A DNA stretch of 64,000 nucleotides. It comes from Amoebophrya sp. A120. Taxonomy: Eukaryota; Protista; Dinoflagellata. A model generated the notes under the pieces. The model made no database searches and was not told the DNA's origin. It worked only from the letters and a program-made list of their open reading frames with translations. The stretch spans positions 227,029-291,028 of the forward strand of contig CAJINV010000011.1 of assembly GCA_905178155.1 (NCBI GenBank). The letters run 5' to 3'. A program made the translations under genes and the position numbers. Positions 34,529 to 56,009 of this stretch are shown here, in pieces; positions within the stretch are counted from its first letter, which is position 1; every line of letters starts with the position of its first letter.

Positions 34529-37500
34529 CTACTGCAGGCACGATTCGTAGGTGGGGATGCTGTACTTGATGTTGTAGAACGCCGTTTCGGGTGCCGCGCG
34601 TTCCATCGGGTATCGAACTGAAATCTCGAGTCACGATAAGTAGCGAACTTTTGTCATGCATATAGAGCGGGGTAACAGCTAAACCAACTAACTCGGGATT
34701 GTAAGTGCGAAAATTTTTCGGGCGGCCGAGACGGGTCGCCGCGCACGAGCTCCCTAGCCAGGTAGGGGTAGCTCGTGGCGACCACTAGCTAGCAGGCAAC
34801 TCGTGTGGGCAAGGGCCGACGATCGCACAGTCGGCGACAGCCGGAATCCCCTATGCGGATTTGTGCTCTTGTGCATGCTATTTGTGCTCTTGGGGTCTTT
34901 TTTGAAAATCGGTGGGGCAACGTTTTCGCTTTCTTTGCAACGCAGGCGGTGCCTGTTTTGTCATGGCGAAATATTCCCTGCCGTGAAGCTAACATTTATG
35001 AAGCGCAACAATTTTCCACGCTTTCCGACTGAAGCGAGTTTGTGAACGAAAGCACAAAAATCATGCACAAAGCCGCACGATTTGCATATGTTGCCAGGAC
35101 GTTTTCAGAGCACACCTCTGACCGAAGTCGCCGGCTACGGCTCCGGCGTCGCTATATAGAAAAATTTTCGCACCTAGAATCCCGAGTTAGTTGGTTTAGT
35201 TGTTACCCCGCTCTAAATATTTTTCTATCACGAAGACATCTTCAAGAAAGACTTACGACTTTATTCGTGACCATCACCGTGAGGCATGACAAAAATAAGC
35301 TGTCGTGACCCAAAATTGCTTCTGTCGATACCAATTGCAGCAATTCCTGGGACATGATCGCGATGTTGCGTCCGTCCTCATGGCGTTGGGCAAAATCCAT
35401 TTCGTCACCGAGGTTACGCCACTCGCACACAAACAGGTTCAAAATCGGCAGGAACAGCTTGTAGTGCGGAATCTGTGGCGATACGTTTTTTAGCTTTGAT
35501 GGCATGACAAATTTCGATGGCAGCTGCTCTGTACTCATGTACAAGATAAATCACTTTCGAACAAGAAACGCGTGTAGTTGTAGAGAAATCGGCCTAATGA
35601 CTGGTGCATCTCCGGAAGAAGAAGAGCTTCAACTTCTATCAAAAGATAACGTATTAAGTACCAGGGCTTCGCCCAGAGTGGGTCCCCTCGGCACGAGCTC
35701 ACGCAGGACCTTGATGCACTTGCAGATCACGTTCCTGTCCTTTTCCAACATATTGCGATGAATGCTCTGCATCACTTCCGGCAGCGCCGCGGCGGAATAT
35801 GGGGCGGAATAAAACTCCTGCATCTGCGTACTATGTAGTTTGTCTTTGATATCCTTATCTAGAAATACCTGCTGGTCGCGCGCTTCAAATTCAACTGGTC
35901 AAAACCTACCGAACGCATGACAGGAGCAGGACTGCAGAACACATTCTATTCATCTGATTACGTTCATCTTCATGATGACAGTGTCATCAAGCCTGTGGAG
36001 GCTCATGCCTGCTGGTGGTGTTATCATGACACCACCAGCATCAAAGAATAAAATCAATGATCATGACAGACCACTGTAGATGCAGGTGTTTGATTTCTCC
36101 CCCCCGTAAAAGCCGGTCCTCGTTCAAAGTGCGTATCATGCTCATCGTACCTGGTGTTGAGCGGTCAGAAGTCATACTGATGCTGAAGACGCAATGGAAA
36201 ATACTTCATCTGTCATGCATGCACGACACGACACAAACGTTAGAAGTATCGAGTGAAAAGGAAAGTATAACTAAAACTCATGGAATCACCTCGTCGTGTA
36301 CCCAACATCACAAACACCAGTAGAAGAAATGAAAAATACCTTCGAAGCTAACGTAGTTAAACGGGAATTTTCTTTCGCGGATGCCATCCACGAAAATCGG
36401 CAGGAAAATCCTTGTGTTCACCGATTCCACGGGCACCCGCCACTCCAGCGTCATTTTCGAACCGTGCTTGATCGGATCCTGGGCAAAAGTATCGCACTCC
36501 GGTACTAATTGCGATATTGCATGACAGATCTGCGCTCTTTCCCAAAACTGCATGACAAATATACTGTTTTTGGTTCTGACAAAGTTTGTCATGCAAATCA
36601 TACTAAATACAATACTTTTGCCATCCATAAATCGCGATCGGGAGGTCTCCACGCTCGAACATCTTCCGGAATTTGGTACCTTCGATGGGCGGAACGTTTG
36701 TGATGCAAAACGCCATAGGGTGTTTATTACGCTTTGTGTTTGTCATGCAGAAAATCGATTGCAAAAAAACCATCTTCAAATCATGAAAACAATTAAATGA
36801 TTATACCCGGTTCTAGCAGCGCTTCGAAGACCAGGTTGGGAATGTCCAGCCGCTTGTCGATAATCGGTTCCAGTGCGTTGGCCTTGTCCGGTCCGGGGCC
36901 CCACGCGCTGACTGGTCTTGACCGCAACGCGCCCGCACTTTGGCTTCGTTGGAGGAACTTCTGCCGGAGCAGCGTCGCTGGGTGGACGGGCAGTTCGCCG
37001 GGGGCCAACCTGGAAATGAAGGGTTTTATATCTAAAAATGATTTTGTCATGCATGACAAGCAAAAATATTTGTGAGGCTGAGGACATCCCGTTTCTGCAT
37101 GACAAATCGGTTTATTTCTACCAGGTGTGTGTCACTCGCAGCGGGTCATCAGGGTCTGCGGCCGTCGCCGTGTTCGTCCTGGCGTTCGCCGTTTTTGGTC
37201 GCGCGGCCTTCGTCGCTTTGTACTTTTTCGCAGCGCCGATGACGTTCCCGGTCTTCTCGCAGAACAGACTCGTGATTTCGTCGTCGTCGATGGCTTCACG
37301 CAGTTGCGTCTTGATTCGGCTTGCACTGGCAGAGCGCGGGCGGGTGGAGCCTGTGACGTTTCTTTCTAGTACAACTATACGCAGCATCAGCTTAATAGCG
37401 AGAAAGGTCGTGGAACAAGACTGTAATTCTCCTACATACAGGAGAGCAGATGATGAAACGCAAATCTTTTATATATTTTTGGATTATGCGTAGTACTCAC

Positions 37501-39425
37501 AAGTCAATTTTTATACATGGTAAAACATGTTGAAGCAAAACAACCTCTAGTACTACCGTCCATCTTGCGCTTGACATACTCCTTCATCAGGTCCTCTTTG
37601 CGGTATTGCTCGCTCTCCTCGAATATCAAATGCAAAAATGTCTGGGTCTGGAAGAATGCCAGACTTGTCATGCTAAACCGAAGTGCGACACACTTTGCCT
37701 CCCCCTGTGCAAACAGCCGCAGATGGCTGTCACGCAGGGAAGGTGGGTCAGACGGACATCGAAATGCCAGACTTGTCATGCAGGTTTTCCATGACCCATG
37801 AAGGCTGGTATGTAGGACATAGCATGACAGAGTCTGTGAGAGTTGGAGTTCTATCATGCCTATCCACATGAGAAACTGCCTCGCGATTAGGTCAAAAGTG
37901 GACAGCTTTTGGTAATCATGCAACACAGATTTTTACATGATTCAGATTTACCATGACAAGTGACTTTGTTCCAGACCCAGACATTTTTGCATTTGATATC
38001 GAAGAACACGTCCGCGTCGGGGTCTCCGGGTTCCGGCACGATCGGAATACCGCCCTCCTTCTTCTTCGCGACGTGTCGATGGTAGTCCGAGGGGTGGTCG
38101 CCCGCTAAACCCTCGATCTTCTTCCCGCCGCGGAGTTTCGGGCCACTGCTCGTCGGTCGGGGGCCCAATCCCTTGTTTGCCCGCGACAATGCGGAGGAGT
38201 CGTTCTTGTTCATTTTTCCAAGCGAGGAGGAAGAAGCCCACCGGGTCGTGGTCGGCTGCTCGGCACCAGTTTGTTCCTGCTTGCTTCCACTTACAGTGGT
38301 CGTTGGGTAAGCAGACGCTGGACGGACGAGCGACGTGATGGAGTTGTTGTTGTTGGAAGAGGAAGTTGCGGCTGCAGGGTTTTTCTTCGCGACCGACGAT
38401 GTGTTCACATTTTCCTTGTCCTGCGTCTCCTTCGAGGAAGAGCTGTCCAAATTTAACAAGTCCCGACCCAGATTCTGCATGGCTAACACGGCGTGCTGAT
38501 TCGTCGAGTTCTTCACGGCGACGGGCGCTGGAAGCTGGTGCTTGTTATCCTGCTGGTTCAGACGCGACGACGTTTTGGTCACCTCCTGCAGCGGCGCACG
38601 AGAGGACGAGACGTTCTGCTTCACCAAGGTGCTGCTCTTGTTCCGTCGGAGCGGTAGCTGCTCGATGCCCTGCCACCTCTCCTTGAGCAAATGCTGGACC
38701 AAACCACGCTTGACCGGCTCTTCCATCTGCAGCGCAACGCGCGATCTGTATATTTGTTTTTGCATTTGCTCCTTCGCATGCGCAAATATGCATGAGAAAC
38801 AGAGAGGCGAATTGTATTATTTGCGCATGACAAACAAACGAAAACGCATGTTGACATAAAAACCAATTCACGAGTACCGGTCACTGATCGCGTACAGCCT
38901 GCTTCGGCTCGCCACCCTTTGGTCTTGTCGCATCCGCTATCGTGATGGAAATTTCAGTCAATAAACATCTCCGTCAAGATGTACAACCCAATTGTAATGT
39001 CAGTGTCACCTTCCACCTGTCGCTGCGCATGACAACCTGCATATAATTCGACGCAATAAAAATTCTAGTCAAGAAAGAGACGGACCTCCCTGCCAGGTGC
39101 ATGTAAGAAGCACAGATATAAATCCTGATACTCCTGACTTGTGTTTGATTTGACTCAAAAGATCCTCCGACATACTCCTTGCAACGTGCTCAACACTGCT
39201 GTCTTCGCCGTGTTCCGCGTTCGCATCTTCTGCAGGTGATCAACCTGATGTTTTGTATTGTTTGCGAATCAAAGGCAAATTACAAATTGCGCAATGCTTT
39301 TGTGCAGTAAAAAAGGAGTTTGTCATACAGATTATGCAAGCGGAAAGATGAAGATCAAATACCGAGGATGCGCTCTTTGGACGGCACGAGACCGGCGTGA
39401 TCGAGCCGGGCGGTGGGTGCAGCAT
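34529..39425 (-). CDS. PACRG-like (parkin co-regulated) protein with long N-terminal extension, ~13 exons
   Basis: Spliced: TKFRKMFERGDLPIAIKHGSKMTLEW..FLPIFVDGIRE..GEALIPHYKLFLPILNLF..NLGDEMDFAQ..AFYNIKYSIPTYESC. GT-AG introns 39245-39362, 38937-39175, 38746-38877, 37366-37556, 37010-37121, 36151-36339, 35473-35661. Non-canonical introns at 37624-37998, ~36718-36808, 36475-36629, ~35798-36108 and 34607-35331. Confidence 0.88.
34607..35331. mobile_element. IR-bounded intron with GT...CG boundaries in PACRG-like gene
   Basis: IR GTATCGA..GAA..AAT.T.G.GTCACGA; joining LLQL|MERAA matches PACRG spacing; no AG acceptor and no clear direct repeat. Confidence 0.7.
34663..35215. mobile_element. MITE with ~55-bp TIRs and TA target duplication (Tc1/mariner-like), nested in an intron
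   Basis: TA-GAGCGGGGTAACA.CTAAACCAACTAACTCGGGATT.TA.GTGCGAAAATTTTTC at 34663-34718, inverted at 35160-35215. Confidence 0.85.
35798..36108. mobile_element. IR-bounded non-canonical intron in PACRG-like gene
   Basis: Ends TATGGGGCGGAATAAAACTCCTGCATCT and TACGGGGGGAGAAATCAAACACCTGCATCT; joins NEDRL to A(A)ALPEV; direct repeat not evident. Confidence 0.7.
36475..36629. mobile_element. Non-canonical TIR intron (family B) in PACRG-like gene
   Basis: IR GGCAAAAGTAT.G; direct repeat GATCG/AATCG; removal gives GDLPIA|IKHGSK. Confidence 0.85.
37624..37998. mobile_element. Non-canonical TIR intron (family A, young copy) in PACRG-like gene
   Basis: Perfect 30-bp TIR TATCAAATGCAAAAATGTCTGGGTCTGGAA; perfect direct repeat TCGAA at 37619-23 and 37999-38003; removal gives DVFF|EESEQY. 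Confidence 0.92.
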
Positions 39426-39479
39426 CTTTGCCTAGTGCTCCTGCTACTTCTGCACTTTTCGTTTTTGTCCGCTGGTGGT

Positions 39480-41210
39480 TGCGTTACTTGCGTACTACAA
39501 CAACTAGGCCTACTCCCTCTGCAGCTAGTTCTTGTGCCTACTATTTCTAATTGATTTTTTGATTCATGTATACTGGTGTGTCAGCGTTCTACGAGTTGTG
39601 CCGTCGTGATGAAACAAGTTGGTCTTTATTTGGATTCAGGCTCAAGCCATCCCTTTAAAAAGACGAGGGTTATGCTGCAAGTGCTGAGTTTACAATAAAC
39701 ACGTTTACATCAAGTTCGAGCAACTTAAGTATCTGTTATTGTTTGCTTCAAACGAAAGCCCTCGCACTGTCTTGCTTCCTACTCAAATACAGCTTCATTC
39801 GCTCCTGGTTTAGGAATGCACTCAACATCATGTCGCTCACAGGCAAAATCGCTCCGGAACAACAGAGTAGAACTCCAACGAAACATGGGAAGCTAAAAAG
39901 CCTCAGGCGACATTCGATGAAACGAGTATGCCTGGCGCCTGCGTGCTGTTATTAGCGTTGGCCACTGGCGCCACGGCAGCGCGCGTCAGTCTCAGCCAAC
40001 CAACAAGCCCGCGGTGCAGGAACTAGTGCCACATTGGCATGATCCAACTCCAAGGGCGTGAGAGTGACCATAAGGGGCCGCCGCGCAAACCGAAAGGCAA
40101 CCGCGCAGCGCATCTCTGCCTGTCTGACAGCGAACAAGCTGGCCCTGCCCGCCATCGGGCCCTGGCAACAGGTTTAGATTGCCGGACCCCCTGTCCGCCC
40201 GACGAGTAGCAAAGAAGCGCGGGCCAAAGAGGCAGGGCGGCAGCATATGGCCCACAGAAAAATGAGCCCCGCCCCCCTCGCCGGGAAAAGAGCGAAAGCG
40301 CTGCGCCAGAGCGCGCCCTGCGTTCCGGGGTGCGTCCCCGGCCCGTATTTTTCGCAGAAAGAGGCCACGCCGGCCGCGGACTTCGGGAGGCGTGCCCGCG
40401 CCGTCTGAAAAGACGGGGGGCAGGGCCGGATCGATGGACCAGGCGCGCGCAGTTTAGCGGAGTCGCCTCTCCTTTGCCGACCGACGGCGATCCACAATTG
40501 AGGCGGGCGCGATGTTGGATAGCCGACGGTCGAAAAGCCATCTTTCAATCTCGCCTTGGATCTCCTCGAAAGTGGCGTCTGCAAATAAATTTGGCGTGGC
40601 CCTTGTTGTATGACTTGTCTGCGACTCCCTGCGCTAGTAGTCACTTGCCTACAACGAACTCGCTGCGCAGCTAGTACTGTCTACTATTGGATTTTTGATT
40701 CATAGTAGCGTGTCCCGACTAACGCCGTCGTGAAATTGGTTCTTATTTGAATTTAGGCTCGTCAAACATCCATCAACACTCTCTCAAGAGGTTGATGCAA
40801 GAGCGGCTTTTACAGATCGCAATCAAAACGATCGCACTCTCGCTCTTTACTCAAATGAACACTCACTAGCTCCTGGTAAAGGACTGCACTCATCAGATCG
40901 CTCACAGGCAAAATCACTCGGGAACAACGGAGAACAATACCAATCAAAAACGCGTCGACAAAAGGCTTTAGGCTACATTCGAAACGAGTATGCCGGGGGC
41001 TTCCTGTTGTGAGCCATTGGCGCGACGGTGCGCGTCAGTCACATAGATACAGGAGCTGCATGCCAGCGGTTCACGGAATAATGCGCACCGAAGGGCACTT
41101 GCGTGACCACAAAGGGCCGCCGCGCAGACCAAAAGGCACACGCGCAACGCACCTCGCTCGGGCAACGTCAGGCAGCAAGCAAGGAAGCCGGCCCCGCTCG
41201 CGGTCGTTCC
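39480..41210. repeat. Diverged ~1.1-kb-period tandem duplication of the PACRG upstream region plus GC-rich DNA (39480-40150 vs 40635-41210)
   Basis: Shared TTTTTGATTCAT, TCGCTCACAGGCAAAATC, GAAACGAGTATGCC, GCGCGTCAGTC and GTGACCA.AA.GGCCGCCGCGCA.ACC.AAAGGCA. Confidence 0.8.
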
Positions 41211-42286
41211 GGGGCAATGAATGTATCCAGAGGACCGGCTCACCTACCCGACTTTCCTGCCCTGCGGATAACCAACGCGGCAGGCGCGCCGCCAGTCGCT
41301 TACTACACCCAGCTCGCGCAACCGCGGGGCCACGGAAATCAAAAGCGGGCCCGCCTGAGCTGCCGCCTTTGGCCCGCACACACAAGGGCCCACCCTACGC
41401 GCTTTTCGTCGCGGGGCGCGTCGACGGCAAAAGCGCCCACGCGTTCCGCCACGAACTGGACGAGCTTCCTATTGGCGCCACGCTGGAGCAATTCCCTCCT
41501 TGCTTTGAGCCATCGACTGGCACAGCCGGAGGCCCGTTGCCGGCATTCCAGTATTGCGGCTGGTGTGCCTGCGGGAGAAACTGATGTTGCTGGCTGCGCC
41601 TTGTGGTAAGGCGGAGGGAGAAGGCGCCAACATGCCCGCGCCGCGCATCAGGGACCGAGCGCCCCATTGGGGGGCGGGCATCGATACATCTTGTGTTCCT
41701 GCAATTGACAGAAAAAGCTACGGGAAAGGGGAAACTGTTGGTGGGAATGAAACAAAAGAGAAACAGCAATCGACATGTAGAGAGTATCATGAAATTGCGA
41801 TTGCGTCAAGAAGTCGCAAAATAGCAAAGTAGAGCTTCACCCTCGCGTACTGCTGAAAGAGCATGACTAACTGCGTTTGACACACTCAACTCCAAGTCCA
41901 AGCTGCGCTCGTCCGTCACTCATAGAGATTTGTTCGTTCTCTTTCGCTGCACACTGCAACAGATTGCACTAAGCTGCTCTCAACAACCACAGACACGCAG
42001 ATGCACTCATTGATACACAAAAATACATTTCCATTTATCAAGATCCGTCTTGTCACTGACAACACACGAGCGGCGAATGTGTTGATAAACAGGCGGCTGT
42101 GCTGCATGTGCACACAAGCAGTGCTCAACAAGACGAACAGGAGCATGGAGCACGACATTAAACGATAAGTAACCGTTGGATGTAACATCCATCCTCAAAC
42201 ACGCGGTGATCAGGGAAATCTTATAGTTGTGCAGAAAATCTTTTACTCTGTAGTCACAGGACGACTACCACTACTGGTGGTTACCT

Positions 42287-52163
<9,877 letters not shown>

Positions 52164-52974
52164 CGTGCCTGTGGCGGTCCTGCTAAAGTAAGATGCCCGG
52201 GACAGGTTTGGGTGTGGCCCATTAGCTTGAGAAATTTCAAGGACGACGTTGGTTCTCTCCGATAACCATGAATGTTGGGCACGCACATCATACGCTTAGT
52301 ACTTACTATGCGATTTTTACGATTCAGTTTTGGACCTCAAAAAAGGAAAAGTATTATTTAAGGTGCATCTACTTCACAGAGAAATCCAAAGAACAATGTT
52401 GCGCTCTACATGCAGAACGTAGCGCTACGTCTTCAAGCTCATAGATACCACAATTCAATCACGGAATAAAAGGATGATCCTTGGAATGCACATGTGTCGG
52501 TATGTCCCTGTGCCTACTTAGTGTGGTATAATCATGGTGAATTAGAAAGAATTCCAAAGGCTCTGGTCTCATATTCGTGGTCTCAAAAAAAATGCTGTCG
52601 TGTGTATATGTTGAAGATCCTGTATTTGAAGTCGCTCTTTGAAGACAACAAGGCCATCACCAAAGCCAATCTCAACTCAGCGTGATTTAATTGAGCTTCC
52701 AGCACACTCCTACGGATGCACAAAGGAAAGCGACACCTGCAGGAAAGTTCAGATCAAGTCAGAGATCGCGAGGCCCTTCGTGTGTTGCAGGAGCAACTAG
52801 AACTTTCTCGTACCAACAGCACTCTGGTTGCGCGCAAAGTTCCGGCCTCGATCTACCATCGAAAGCGTCGGCTGGTAAGCGGAACACAGATTCCGCAGTT
52901 CCTCTCCACCAGCCGGGGCTCACGCCCGGCACCCGAATTTGGTATTTGCCACCATCCCAATGACACCCCTTTCC

Positions 52975-55900
52975 TGACGGGCACAAAAATCGCTTCCAAC
53001 TGCTGCTCGAATCGGCGGCACGCTTCCCCGAAAGGTGTCCAAAAACCCCTTCCCGGCCAGGCTCAAAAGCAGCTTCCAACTGCTGCGCGGTTGGGCGGCA
53101 CGCTGCCCTCAAAGGTGTCCAAAAAACCCTCCCCGATCAGGCTCAAAAGCAGCTTCCAACTGCTGCTCGAATGGGCGGCACCCTGCCCTCAAAGGTGTCC
53201 AAAAAGCCCTCCCTGGCCAGGCTCAAAAGCAGCTTCCAACTGCTGCGCGAATGGGCGGCGCGCTGCCCTCAAAGGTGTCCAAAAAGCACTCCCCGGCCAG
53301 GCTCAAAAGCAGCTTCCAACTGCTGCGCGAATGGGCGGCACGCTGCCCTCAAAGGTGTCCAAAAAGCCCTCCCCGGCCAGGCTCAAAAGCAGCTTCCAAC
53401 TGCTGCGCGAATGGGCGGCACGCTGCCCTCAAAGGTGTCCAAAAAGCCCTCCCCGGCCAGGCTCAAAAGCAGCTTCCAACTGCTGCGCGAATGGGCGGCA
53501 CGCTGCCCTCAAAGGTGTCCAAAAAGCCCTCCCCGGCCAGGCTCAAAAGCAGCTTCCAACTGCTGCGCGAATGGGCGGCACGCTGCCCTCAAAGGTGTCC
53601 AAAAAGCCCTCCCCGGCCAGGCTCAAAAGCAGCTTCCAACTGCTGCGCGAATGGGCGGCACGCTGCCCTCAAAGGTGTCCAAAAAGCCCTCCCCGGCCAG
53701 GCTCAAAAGCAGCTTCCAACTGCTGCGCGAATGGGCGGCACGCTGCCCTCAAAGGTGTCCAAAAAGCCCTCCCCGGCCAGGCTCAAAAGCAGCTTCCAAC
53801 TGCTGCGCGAATGGGCGGCACGCTGCCCTCAAAGGTGTCCAAAAAGCCCTTCCCGGCCAGGCTCAAAAGCAGCTTCCAACTGCTGCGCGAATGGGCGGCA
53901 CGCTGCCCTCAAAGGTGTCCAAAAAGCCCTCCCCGGCCAGGCTCAAAAGCAGCTTCCAACTGCTGCGCAAATGGGCGGCGCGCTGCCCTCAAAGGTGTCT
54001 AAAAAGCCCTCCCCGGCCAGGCCCAAAACCAGCTTCTAACTGCTGCGCAAATGGGCGGCACACTGGCCACGGGGGTGTCCAAAAATCCCTCCCCGAGTAG
54101 GCTCAAAAGGAGCTTCCAACTGCCGCGGGAAGGGGCGGCACGCTGGCCGCGGGGGTGTCCAAAAATCCCTCCCCGAGTAGGCTCAAAAAGACACTTCCAA
54201 CTGCTGCGGGAATGGGCGGCACGCTGCCTCCGAAGGTGTTCAAAAATCCCTCCCCGAGTAGGCACAAAAAGACACGTCCAACTGCTGCGGGAATGGGCGG
54301 CACGCTGCCTCCGAAGGTGTTCAAAAATCCCTCCCCGAGTAGGCTCAAAAAGACACTTCCAACTGCTGCGGGAATGGGCGGCACGCTGCCTCCGAAGGTG
54401 TTCAAAAATCCCTCCCCGAGTAGGCGCAAAAAGACACGTCCAACTGCTGCGGGAATGGGCGGCACGCTGCCTCCGAAGGTGTTCAAAAATCCCTCCCCGA
54501 GCCGGCTCAAAAAGACACTTCCAACTGCTGCGGGAATGGGCGGCACGCTGCCTCCATAGGTGTTCAAAAATCCCTCTCCGAGTAGGCGCAAAAAGACACG
54601 TCCAACTGCTGCGGGAATGGGCGGCACGCTGCCTCCGAAGGTGTTCAAAAATCCCTCCCCGAGCCGGCTCAAAAAGACACTTCCAACTGCTGCGGGAATG
54701 GGCGGCACGCTGCCTCCATAGGTGTTCAAAAATCCCTCTCCGAGTAGGCGCAAAAAGACACGTCCAACTGCTGCGGGAATGGGCGGCACGCTGCCTCCGA
54801 AGGTGTTCAAAAATCCCTCCCCGAGCCGGCTCAAAAAGACACTTCCAACTGCTGCGGGAATGGGCGGCACGCTGCCTCCATAGGTGTTCAAAAATCCCTC
54901 TCCGAGTAGGCGCAAGAAGACACGTCCAACTGCTGCGGGAATGGGCGGCACGCTGCCTCCGAAGGTGTTCAAAAATCCCTCCCCGAGCCGGCTCAAAAGA
55001 AGCTTCCAAGTGCTGCGGGAATGGGCGGCACGCTGGCCACGGGGGTGTCCAAAAATCCCTCCCCGAGTAGGCTCAAAAGAAGCTTCCAACTGCTGCGGGA
55101 ATGGGCGGCACGCTGCCCTCAAAGGTGTCTAAAAAGCCCTCCCCGGCCAGGCTCAAAAGCAGCTTCTAACCGCTGCGCGCATGGGCGGCACACTGGCCCC
55201 GGGGGTGCCCAAAAATCCCTCCCCGAGTAGGCTCAAAAGGAGCTTCCAACCGCTGCGGGAAGGGGCGGCACGCTGGCCACGGGGGTGTCCAAAAATCCCT
55301 CCCCGAGTAGGCTCAAAAGAGGCTTCCAACTGCTGCGGGAATGGGCGGCACGCTGCCGCCAACAGTGTTCAAAAAGCCCCTCCCGACCAGGCTCAAAAGA
55401 GGCTTCGAACTGCTGCGGGAATGGGCGGCACGCACGCCCCGGGGGTGTCCAAAAATCCCTCCCCAAGTAGGCTCAAAAGATGCTTCCAACTGCTGCGGGA
55501 ATGGGCGGCGCGCTGCCTCCGAAAGTGTTCAAAAAGTCCTTCCCGACCAGGCTCAGAAGAGGCTTCCAACTGCTGCGGGAATGGGCGGCACGCTGGCCCC
55601 GGGGGTGTCCAAAAATCCCTCTCCGAGCTGGCTCAAAAGAAGCTTCCAACTGCTGCGGGAATGGGCGGCACGCTGCCTCCGAAGGTGTTCAAAAAGCCCT
55701 TCCCGACCAGGCAGAAAAGAAGCTTCCAACTGCTGCGGGAATGCGCGGCACGCTGGCCTTGAACCTGCCAAAAAATTCCTGCCCAGCCGGGCACAAAAGG
55801 CGCTCTCAACTGCTGCGCGAATGGATGGGCGGCACGCTAAGGCCGAAGGTGCCCAACAACCCTTCCCCGAGCAGGCTCAAAAGGCGCCTCCAACTGTCTG

Positions 55901-55995
55901 CTGCGGGAATGGGCGGCACACTGGCCCCGGAGGTGTCCAGAAATCCCTTTCCGGGCAGGCTCCAAACGCGCTTCCTTCCAACTGCTGCGGGAATG
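52975..55995. repeat. Satellite 1: 80-bp unit with an 81-bp sub-block (54180-55000, 162-bp higher-order dimer)
   Basis: GCTCAAAAG at 53061, 53141, 53221...; 81-bp spacing at 54181, 54262, 54343. Confidence 0.97.
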
Positions 55996-56009
55996 GGCGG
56001 CACACTGGC

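Noticed and set aside
39636-39652. GGCTCAAG resembling the end of the dinoflagellate spliced leader
   Set aside because: Only an 8-bp match, on the non-coding strand, without the CCGTAGCCATTTT part.
52600-52880. Possible plus-strand exon ending at a GTAAGC donor
   Set aside because: In-frame stops upstream, no recognisable protein and no partner exon in the window.
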